NCBI GenBank assembly: GCA_000004985.1
Contig: GG738847.1
Strand: one strand, 5' to 3'
From: Naegleria gruberi
Taxonomy: Eukaryota
Length of the DNA: 64,000 nucleotides
In this document: piece after piece, positions 1 to 10,600 of the stretch
Layout of the letters: every line of letters starts with the position of its first letter
Position numbering within the stretch: position 1 is the stretch's first letter
Notes under the pieces: model-generated
Database searches by the model: none
What the model was told of the DNA's origin: nothing
What the model saw: the letters and a program-made list of their open reading frames with translations, nothing else
Program-made: the position numbers and the translations under genes

Positions 1-2
1 TG

Positions 3-395
3 AAGAGGGCATCTCAGAAAGGAGATGATATTGCAAAAATTTATGCAAAACAAAAGTTTTTCTGGACTGGAAAGTTGTTATTTTCATCAGTAATTGCCAA
101 TTCTTGTTCTGGTCAATTGGAAGCTATTGCAGTGACTAGCACAGTATTTGGATCACCTCATTTTCAATGGAAAGGAGTTCAATTTTTGACACTGAATAGT
201 TTGAATGAAAGTAATGTGGAAAAGTTTTATTCAACAGCTTGTCTGTACGATCAGGACACTACCCTTCAAAACCAACTTGTTGACAATGATTTAGTGAGAT
301 TTTCCTCAGCTGTGCTATTGAATCATTCGTCCAGAGTGTTAACTAATGGATTATTACTGATATTGGTATTGTTCATTGGATGCATTGTTTGTTAA
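3..395 (+). CDS. 3' terminal fragment of a gene whose 5' end lies left of the window; unknown protein with a hydrophobic C-terminal tail
   Basis: Frame 3 is open from nt 3 to the TAA at 393-395 (131 codons). The last ~20 residues (LLLILVLFIGCIVC) are hydrophobic after an N-x-S site, like a GPI signal or C-terminal anchor. No recognisable family. Confidence 0.3.
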   Translation, partial: KRASQKGDDIAKIYAKQKFFWTGKLLFSSVIANSCSGQLEAIAVTSTVFGSPHFQWKGVQFLTLNSLNESNVEKFYSTACLYDQDTTLQNQLVDNDLVRFSSAVLLNHSSRVLTNGLLLILVLFIGCIVC

Positions 396-455
396 TATTT
401 CAGTTTTTCTCAATAATTATTATTATTCTATTGAAATAGAGTTTGAAACATGTAA

Positions 456-2563
456 TTACTCTTCTGATGGTGTGGATGGACTTGAGGAATTTTCCTTCTT
501 TTTTGTTGTAACATTCTTGAGTTTGGTTCCACCTTCTTTCAATAAATTTCCTCCTTGCTTTAATTTGTTCAAACCACCAACACCTCCTTCCTTAAGCAAG
601 TTTCCACCTTGTTTCAACTTGTTTAGTCCACCTGCTCCTCCAGCTTTCATGAGATTCATTCCTCCCTTACCTCCTTGTTTCAATTTGTTCAAACCACCAA
701 CTCCTCCCTCTTTCAATAAGTTTCCTCCTTGTTTCAGTTTGTTTAGTCCACCAACACCTCCAGCTCTCATCAAGTGAATTCCACCTTTACCTCCCTTTTT
801 GAGAATATTGAAACCTTGAGTCATATTTTGCTTTTGCTTATTCATCATGTTACCAATTTGTTTCATGGCTGCCTTTTCCTGTAAATCCTTAAATTCCAAA
901 AATGTTTTCTTTTGGGCTTTCTTGAAATTTGAAAGAAGTGATTCTTGAATGGATTTGGCCACGAAACCAAGTAAGATACCCAACAATCCAAGACCAATCA
1001 AGACAAAGAAACCAAATGTAATCTTACCATTGGTTGTCTTTGGGTAAAAATCTCCATATCCAATTGTACTCAGAGTTACAAATCTTTTCATAAAATCATT
1101 ACCAAGTATAATTACATATGATTGTAAATAAATTTTCTCCTAAATATTGAAAAAACCTACGAATAATAGAATGCATCATAAAACTCCCAATTTTCCAAAT
1201 AACTAAACAATGCAGCAGCTCCCACAACATATCCTCCCAACAGTAAAATCATGTTAATAATCTGAGTAGCACCTCTATTAAAGAATGAAAACATTTTCTT
1301 TTCCAATGGTGTTAGCTCTGGATTTTTCATATTTGCCTTAATTCTCATCACTTCTTCCAAATCTCGATTTTTAGCTGTTTTGAATGTAATTACAATGGAT
1401 CTCTTAATGTAGAGCATGACTACAAATATTCCAGTACCGAAAGAGTTCATAATGGCACCTCCTACGAATGAAATCCACATACCCATGAGGGATATTCCTA
1501 GAAATCCAAAAAAGACAACCCACAGTTTACCTCCAATAGTAGTTGGTGACATATCTCCGTATCCAATGGTTGATAAGGTAACAATCATGAAATAGACACT
1601 GTTTCCATATGTCCATTTAGGATTAAATGGATCAATAGTGACATTGGCATTTCCTGTCGAATTATCAAATGAATATTCATCTAATGTTGAATTCAATAGA
1701 TTTTCCTTATATGCCAAATAATTCTTATATTCAACATCTTGTTCAATGAACATGACAGCCATAGCACCCAATGCAATGACAGCCATGATTAAGGCAAAGG
1801 AAATTAGCAATTTCAAAATATCTTTTGCAAAATCTTTCAGTGATGGCTTTTGAATATATTCCTTTGAAATGTCACCCATCAATTTATCTGAAAATCCATT
1901 CAATAATTTCATAAATTTCTTTTCCTTGACTTCATCTGCATCAGAATCCAATTCTGATTGAGTATTATCAAGTGTAGGAGCTTCCTCTTCATTGGAAACT
2001 GTTCCAGAGTTGACCAAATCGACTATTACATGTTCTCCCATGAGGTGTTCTTGAGATACTTGTGGAAATTCTCCTTGTTTCTCATCGTTATGACCTATTT
2101 CTCCTGTAAATTGTACATCTTGCTCATTATCCATCACATCCTGATCTAGTTCCGCAAGTGCCAACTCACTAACTCGTTGCTCATGCTCTACACCATTCAT
2201 AAACATGACAAATTCACTATATCCATCAATAAACTCAAACAATCGATCACAAATTCTCAATTTCCTCCTCTCTGCATCATCGCCAAAGTACAATTCCACA
2301 TAGTGTTGAATCATATTTTCAATATTTCCCGAACTTGTTGAATTGCCAAATAACTGATGAATGACATCCCATGAAACGCTCTTCAACGATGAAGGAGATG
2401 CCATTGGTGATACTGCTTCTATCCTTCCTTCATCATTCTCATCATTTTCTAAAGATAATGGTGGTGCTTCAATATAGAAATTACCAGAAAAGTCAACGGA
2501 ATCGTGTTCTCTTCCACACAATACACAAAAACATTCTCTATTCACTGTTTCCAACACTCTCAA
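456..2563 (-). CDS. Two-pore-domain K+ channel (K2P/TOK-like, 4TM/2P): long cytoplasmic N-terminus, pore 1 VTLSTIGYGD, pore 2 FVTLSTIGYGD, C-terminal Gly-rich repeat tail
   Basis: Track ORFs 1157..2563 and 456..1091 are one gene joined by a ~77-bp intron (1084..1160). Donor TC|GTAGGT, acceptor AAAAG|A. The splice restores AFYYS-FVTLSTIGYGD, the canonical second pore helix and filter. TM helices flank both TIGYGD filters. Exons are 1161..2563 and 456..1083. The first in-frame codon in the track is TTG. No in-frame ATG precedes the first TAA upstream, apart from a 29-codon uORF-like stretch at ~2700-2790, so the true 5' exon/start is unresolved. Confidence 0.75.
540..780. repeat. About 60-bp tandem repeat array inside the K+ channel C-terminal coding region
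   Basis: Four to five tandem ~60-bp units (ttcctccttgtttcaa[tc]ttgttcaaaccaccaacacctcc...). They encode ~20-aa repeats GG(V/K/A)GG(L/I/M)NKLKQGGNLLKEGG on the minus strand. Confidence 0.8.
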
Positions 2564-2995
2564 TCCATTATCTTCTTCTTCTTCTTGTGGTGATGATGAT
2601 ACAGATGATGATTTATTCCTATTATTTTCCTCTCCATTATCATCATCATGATGCTGCTGTTGTTCTTGTTATGATGAATGTTCCGCTCTTCTAGTTCTAT
2701 TACATTGCTCATGTCCCCCACCACATGATGTTGTTGTTGTTGGTTTTGTGGTGGACATTTTTCTTCGAGTGACTGTTCGTTGTTGTTGTGATTTTGATGG
2801 ATGAGCTGTTAATGTGAATTGGGAAGAGCGAAGGATTTTATTGGATTGATGTGTTCAAAACCTTCTTTTGTTACTTTGACATATTTTATGCATGTGAAAA
2901 AGTTCAATAATAGTTGTGAAGAATAATTAATGTAAACAATTGCTACAAACAAAAATCAGTTATTTAATTAATTCTTCATTGTCAATTATTCCTCT

Positions 2996-4207
2996 TTATA
3001 TTGTAAGATCTATTAATTGTTTCATTTCAGTGAAGTATTTTGTTCCTTCTTCAGTAATAAAATTGTTTCTAATATCAAGTTTGGTCAATTGTTTCAATTC
3101 ACTAATGTATTTAGCTCCTTCATTACGAATCTTATTGTTATTAATATAGAGATAGATCAATTTCTTCAATTCTCCAATAGGCATAGCTCCTTTATCGCCT
3201 AAATGATTAGTTTTAATATCAAGATAGATCAATTGTTTCAATTCACTTAAATATTGAGCTCCTTCATCTCCAATTCTATTATAAGATAAATCAAGACTTT
3301 TTAATTGTGCCAATTGACCAAAATATTCAAGTCCTTCATCACCAATATCATTTTTACAAATATCAAGATTTTTCAATTGATTCAATGAACTAATGAATTT
3401 AGATCCTTCATTTCCAATACGATTGCTATTAATATGAAGAGTGGTCAATTGTTTCATTTTGCTTACATATTTAGCTCCTTCATCACCAAGCCAATTACTG
3501 GAAATATCAAGACAGGTCAATTGTGTTAATTCACTTAAATATTTAGCTCCTTCAGCACCAATATCATTTTCATCAATAGAAAGAGTGGTCAATTGTTTCA
3601 ATTCACTTATGTATTTAGATCCTTCATTACCAACACGATTGCAAAAAATAATAAGAGTGGTCAATTGTTTCAATTCTCTTAAATGTTTAGCTCCATACTC
3701 AGAAATACCATTACTAGGAATACTAAGATAGGTCAATTGTTTCAATTCACTAATATATCGAACTCCCTCATCACCAATATGACTTCCATAAATCGTAAGT
3801 TTGGTCAATTGTTTCAATTCACTTATATATTTAACTCCTTCTTCATCATCACATCTAATGATAAGTTTAGTTAATGATTTCATCAAGATTAATTTTCTAT
3901 AGGTATCCCTTGTGATCACACCAACTTTAAGAGTTGCAATATTCTGTAAAAATCGGCCACTCATTCCACCAACACCACCAAATCTACAATTCAGATTGAG
4001 ATGATTACATGTTGATAAAATAACATGGAACCACTCTTTGGATACCAATGCACAATTCATGACAATAAATTTAAAATCATCCAAGAAGGACAAAATTTCA
4101 TAAATAATGTCAGTGGGGAATTTATAATCTTGCGACAGTAAGTTCTCCGTACTTGTTTCTGCTTCTTCTTTGTGTGAAAGTTGGATACACATTGTGTGTT
4201 TGTCCAT
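2996..4207 (-). CDS. F-box / RNI-type leucine-rich-repeat protein: N-terminal F-box plus ~13 x 24-aa LRRs (LKQLTxLxIxxNxIGxEGAKYIS)
   Basis: Single exon. ATG at 4207-4205 in caaaaaaaATGgac context, TAA at 2996. The F-box motif is PTDIIYEILSFLDDFKFIVMNCALVSKEW. The 72-bp DNA periodicity (agtgaattgaaacaattgacc...) is visible by eye. Confidence 0.85.
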   Translation of the reverse strand: MDKHTMCIQLSHKEEAETSTENLLSQDYKFPTDIIYEILSFLDDFKFIVMNCALVSKEWFHVILSTCNHLNLNCRFGGVGGMSGRFLQNIATLKVGVITRDTYRKLILMKSLTKLIIRCDDEEGVKYISELKQLTKLTIYGSHIGDEGVRYISELKQLTYLSIPSNGISEYGAKHLRELKQLTTLIIFCNRVGNEGSKYISELKQLTTLSIDENDIGAEGAKYLSELTQLTCLDISSNWLGDEGAKYVSKMKQLTTLHINSNRIGNEGSKFISSLNQLKNLDICKNDIGDEGLEYFGQLAQLKSLDLSYNRIGDEGAQYLSELKQLIYLDIKTNHLGDKGAMPIGELKKLIYLYINNNKIRNEGAKYISELKQLTKLDIRNNFITEEGTKYFTEMKQLIDLTI

Positions 4208-4653
4208 TTTTTTTGATAAATCAGCGGATCAACTTGTCAAGAGTTAACAATCAATATGGCAAAAACGTGGTCTTCATGTACAGCCGCTACAGTATTGTTA
4301 GGTTGTTTGGTATTTTAAGAAATAAACAAGTTATCTTTGAACAGCTTCCTCTTCAGAAAGTCCACAACATCCATATTCATACTAGTGATTAAATATTGAT
4401 GTTGTAACATTATCGTAATCCATTAATTTGGTACCTTGTTGTCAAGCGACTGGCTAATAATTACCATAATTGCAAAAGGTGGTGAGTTCAGTGTTTTTCT
4501 ATTTTTCCAATTAATTATATTTCAAATATTCCATAAATCTAATACTATCTATTATCAAGAAGCGAGTGATTTGGCGCCAATTTGAAACTGGGTTGGATAA
4601 GACAGTTACATTTTACAAATTAAGAAATTACCTAAAATGTAAATTTCAAAAAA

Positions 4654-7600
4654 ATGTACATAAAACCATCAAGATCCTCTTCACAGCTGAACAAACACTT
4701 CATATTCCTATTGATTCTCATCATATTGTCCATTTCCTTCATTAATGCACAATCCAAGACAATCATCTTCCTTCCCTTCTGTTCCTCCCTCACAATCTCT
4801 CCAACCAGTAAGGTATTGAGCTCCAACTCACTCTCTCTTACAATATCAGCTCCGAACACTCTGTGGTAGGTTTATCATATATTCGGAATGTTAACATTTG
4901 TAAATTGTTAAGGTTGCCAAAATCAACAGGCCAATATTATCAATTGAACACCTTGACAGCGAGTGATGCTACTGAACAGATCAAGTCACTAGTCGTTCTG
5001 TCTGATCCTAAGGCTGGTGTTGCTAGATCTCCTTCAACTGTTTCTGTTCTATCTGCTTCATCATTTAGTGTTCAATTTACTGGATTGACTAGCAATGCTC
5101 GATTCACATTATTAATTGCTTATGGATTTGCTTATTTGGATGTGGAAACTACCAGTTATGTTCAATTAATTATGATATCCTCACAGTCAGTGTATAACTA
5201 TGCTACAGGAACAGCTCAAATTGAGACATTTGCTTTACAGAACTCGTATGAGAGCTCATTGGGTCAATTTTGTTTATCTAATTTATCTCCATATGCATTG
5301 ACATATCTTTCTCAAATTGATAATATTCGAAACAATGTATTTTCATCTCCATATCTTCAATCTCAAAAATTAATTCTCAATGGTAAATGGAATGGACAAC
5401 CAACTTTACAAAAAATTACAGAATTTGTTTCGAATGGATTCACCTATCAATTGAAGAGTAGTATTGATATCCAATTCCAAGAATTAGCAAATACTCAAAT
5501 CATAATTCCTTTACAATTCAAGAGACATATTGGAGCTGTCTTTGAAAAGATTGATATTGATGATTTCAAGATTAGTGAAAGACCAGCTGATCCGCAAGAA
5601 TTGGAAAGTCTATTCGAAAGGATACGTCAAGAAACTATCTTTTACAAGGTGAGTCTTGATCCTAATACCGCTCCAGTCTCTCAGGAATATTTAACAGGAG
5701 CAGCTGCTGAAACTAATGTTGCCATTCTAATGACCTATGCCTATTACTGGGCAGATTTCTTTGATTGGTATCGTAATCCAATGGTCAGAGTGATAATCAA
5801 GGATGGTATTATTGGAATGATTAGTATTTCAGTGGCAGGTCTCAATTATTTCACATGTCCTTATGGTTCTCTTCGTAGTGAGATACAACACTTTACTCAG
5901 GGAGACTCCTACCATTCGATTGGTTATTCCTCCATCCATTCGATATACACATTTGCCTATGATCAAAAGAATTGGAAAATCAATACGCAAGTGAATATCA
6001 ATACTAATGGAATGGTTGCAAATGTTGCCAGCCTGTCAAATTTTGAAAATTCCTTGAGTTGCATTGATGGAAATTTCAAAGTAACCCTCTCGGATAATGT
6101 ACTAGCAGATTATGAAAGCTTTTTCACTGATAACTATATGATTTCCAAGATTGATACTAGAATGTCCATTCAGTCAATTGAAAATTTTACACTTCTCTAC
6201 GTTGACGATTTGGGAAGTGAATTCACAGGCCCATTAATTACACCAGAGAGTTTCGTTGGAGATTTGCAATTCAATCCAGGATTTTGTGATGAAACTATTG
6301 GTACTGGATTAGGAAATCAATTATCTTACTATTTTTCTTCTAGTGATTTTTCAGTCGAAAGGTTTCCAGAATATTCGACAAGATTGAGCTATGAAAATGG
6401 AGTTTCTTATCTTTCAGATACAAATTCTGTTGGTTTAAAGTATTCCAATCATGAATATTTGCAGGATTTCTCCATAGAAATTGATCAATCTATTCTATTA
6501 TATAAGGAACCCAAAGTTTCATCTGTGAATTTCACATTAATTCCAAATCGTTCAGAATGGAATGAAATGAATGCTACAATTCAAATATTTTCCTTTAACA
6601 GTGGGGATTGGGGTGGTGAATTCACTGTTGAATTGACTTGTTCCTATCCAATCATAATTTCCAATAATTCGCCTCAGAAATTCAACGTGGAGCCAGGACA
6701 AAACTTTACAGCCTTCTTCACTGTCAAGAGTGATTTCGACTCGTGCAAAACTGTATCCCTCCAATCTGTGTGTGATTTCAAAATTTCCATCAAGAAAGAA
6801 CAATTGTGGACTAATCTAGAAAAGGAAATTTCTGCCCATGAATCTGTGGCCATAGATTATGGATATTTCATTCCAAGATGTCAAGCCAAATATAATGAAC
6901 CATTCCTCTGGCTGGAGAATATGACCCTATCCTCTCCATATTTCCAGAGAAGTGCCCATGATGGATTTGTCAACTCAATTCTCGTAGTTTTGAAAACTAA
7001 TAGTTCAGATTTAATCCTTTCGAATATTGCAAGCGGTCTGTTGGCAGATTCTAATAATCCATTCCACTCATGGAAAGATTACTCAATTATTATGCAACAT
7101 GCTGAATATTACATGTTGAACTTTACGATTTCAAGCACAAACGTTGCTAGAATTTTAAGTGAACGAGTTGACCAAACGCTTTACACATTCTCCCTCAATT
7201 TAACTCTATTAGATAATTATATTTGTTGGTCAACAAATGGAAAAGGAGGAATCTTCCCATTTTCCTTTAGTGTTGCCTACGATTGTCCAATCGAGTATAC
7301 CGGTATCCAATGTGATATTCCATTATGTTATGGAATTAATGCAACCAATTATACGAACGTATGTTCAGGTCATGGTGATTGTGTATCGCCAGATTATTGT
7401 TCCTGTCATGCAAATTACACATCTGCCACCTGTTCTGTTCCTATTTGTTATGGTGTTCGTGGAGATAATTTATCTACTTGCTCATCCAAAGGTTCTTGTA
7501 TAGATGCTAATACCTGTACCTGTCAGAATGGTTATACAGGTGTCAATTGTGAAATTCCAATTTGTTTCAATGTTCCAGCTAATTTTTCACATTCATGTTA

Positions 7601-10600
7601 TGGACATGGTAACTGCATTGATCATGATCTTTGTTCATGTAATGATGGATACACTGCTTCATTGAATTGTTCACTTCCAATATGTTATGGATTAGATTCT
7701 AGTCAGCTAATTGTTTGTTCTTCACATGGACAATGTTTGGCTCCAAATAATTGTTCATGTTTTGATGGTTTTACATTCGATAATTGTTCAATTCCAATTT
7801 GTTACAATATTGATGCTTCCAATAGTTCAGTGTGTACTGGATTTGGTGAATGTTATTCTCCAAATAATTGTAAATGTCATGAAAATCATATTGGATTACA
7901 ATGTGAAATTCCAATTTGTTTTGGAGTTCCATCAAATGAAACTCAGTCGTGTAATGGTAATGGACAATGTATTCAATATAATGAATGTGTGTGTCATTTA
8001 GATTATACAGGACTCAATTGCTCCATTCCAATATGTTTTGGAAGTAATGCCACCAACCCAACTGTTTGTTCTTCGCATGGCGTTTGCCAAGCACCAGATC
8101 AATGTCAATGTCATGAAGGATATACTGGAATACAATGTGAAATTCCAATTTGTTTCAACATTCCAGCAACCAATTCCAGCACATGTTCATTCCATGGAGA
8201 ATGTATCGACCATAATCTTTGCACATGTCATGATGGATACACTGCTGCATTGAATTGCTCCCTTCCAATATGTTATGGATTAGATTCTAGTCAATCAATG
8301 GTTTGTTCTTCACATGGTCAATGTTTGGCTCCAAATAACTGTACATGTTTTGATGGTTTTACATTCGATAATTGTTCCATTCCAATTTGTTACAACATAG
8401 ATGCTTCCAATAGTTCAGTATGTAGTGGATTTGGTGAATGTTATTCTCCAAATAATTGTAAATGTCATGAAAATCATATTGGATTACAATGTGAAATTCC
8501 AATTTGTTTTGGCGTGCCATCAAATGAAACTCAAGCTTGCAATGGTAACGGACAATGTATTCAATATAACGAGTGTGTGTGCCACTCAGATTATACAGGA
8601 ATAGACTGTTCAATTCCAATATGTTTTGGAATTAATGCTACTAATCAAAGTCATGTTTGTTTTTCACATGGTATTTGTCAAAAACCAGATCAATGCCAAT
8701 GTCATGAAGGATATACTGGAATGCAATGTGAAATTCCAATTTGTTTCAATATTCCAGCTATTAATTCCAGCACATGTTCATTCCATGGAGAATGCATTGA
8801 TTTCAATCATTGTTCTTGTCATGATGGATACACTGCTTCATTGAATTGTTCACTTCCAATATGTTATGGATTGGATTCTAGTCAGCTAATGGTTTGTTCT
8901 TCACATGGTCAATGTTTGGCTCCAAATAATTGTTCATGTTATGAAGGATATACAGCTGAAAATTGTTCCATTCCAATTTGTTACAACATTGATGCTTCCA
9001 ATAGTTCAGTATGTAGTGGATTTGGTGAATGTACTTTTCCAAATAATTGTAAATGTCATGAAAATCATGTTGGATTACAGTGTGAAATTCCACTTTGTTT
9101 TGGCGTGCCATCAAATGAAACTCAGTCTTGCAATGGTAATGGACAATGTGTTCAATATAATGAATGTGTGTGTCATTCAAATTATACAGGAATAGATTGC
9201 TCAATTCCATTATGTTTCAATATCAATGCCACCAACCCAACTGTTTGTTCTTCGCATGGTATTTGTCAATCACCAGATCAATGCCAATGTCATGAAGGAT
9301 ATACTGGAATGCAATGTGAAATTCCAATTTGTTTCAACATTTCAGCTAATGATTCCAGTACATGTTCATCCCATGGAGAATGTATCGATTTCATGATCTT
9401 TCACTGTCATGATGGATACACTTCAGCAAATTGTTCAATTCCAATATGTTATGGATTAGATTCTAGTCAATCAATGGTTTGTTCTTCACATGGACAATGT
9501 TTGGCTCCAAATAACTGTACATGTTTTGATGGTTTTACATCTGATAATTGTTCAATTCCAATTTGTTACAACATAGATGCTTCCAATAGTTCAGTATGTA
9601 GTGGATTTGGTGAATGTTACTTTTCCAAATAATTGTAAATGTCATGAAAATCATGTTGGATTACAGTGTGAAATTCCACTTTGTTTTGGCGTGCCATCAA
9701 ATGAAACTCAATCTTGCAATGGTAATGGACAATGTGTTCAATATAATGAATGTGTGTGTCATTCAAATTATACAGGAATAGATTGCTCAATTCCATTATG
9801 TTTCAATATCAATGCCACCAACCCAACTGTTTGTTCTTCGCATGGTATTTGTCAATCACCAGATCAATGCCAATGTCATGAAGGATATACTGGAATGCAA
9901 TGTGAAATTCCAATTTGTTTCAACATTTCAGCTAATGATTCCAGTACATGTTCATCTCATGGAGAATGTATCGATCATGATCTGTTGCACATGTCATGAT
10001 GGATACACTTCAGAAAATTGTTCAATTCCAATATGTTATGGATTAGATTCCAGTCAGTCAATGGTTTGCTCCTCGCATGGCCAATGCTTAGCTCCAAATA
10101 ATTGTTCGTGTTTTGAAGGTTTTACATTCGATAATTGTTCCATTCCAATTTGTTACAACATAGACGCCACCAACCAATCAGTATGTAGTGGATTTGGTGA
10201 ATGTTCTTCTCCAAATAATTGTAAATGTCATGAAAATCATGTGGGATTACAATGTGAAATTCCGCTATGTTTTGGAATTGCATCAAATGAAACTTTGGCA
10301 TCGTGCAATGGAAACGGCCATTGTTTTGCAGTGGATTCTTGCTCTTGTAATCAAAATTATACTGGAGCCAATTGTTCTATTCCTATTTGCTTTGACTTCA
10401 ATGCCACCAATTCGAAGGTATGTTCGGGACATGGAAGTTGTTCGAAACCAAACTATTGCGAATGTTTTGAAGGTTATATGGACACCCAATGTGAAACTCC
10501 AATTTGTTTTGATATTCCAGCAACTATGAATAATACCTGTTCTGAAAATGGCATTTGCCAAGATTACAATCATTGTAATTGTAGCTCTGGGTTTACTTCT

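Noticed and set aside
376-777. 133-aa + strand ORF rich in PP/FNLF motifs
   Set aside because: It is the antisense reading of the 60-bp tandem repeats that encode the K+ channel Gly-rich tail on the minus strand. Its periodicity is inherited from the repeat, not from coding.
9812-9990. The MPPTQLFVLRMVFVNHQ... N-terminus of track ORF 9812..15835 treated as a start of a separate gene
   Set aside because: That peptide is an out-of-frame translation of an EGF unit. The genuine frame enters at ~9985 after the second +1 shift, so this is a continuation of the giant gene, not a new start.
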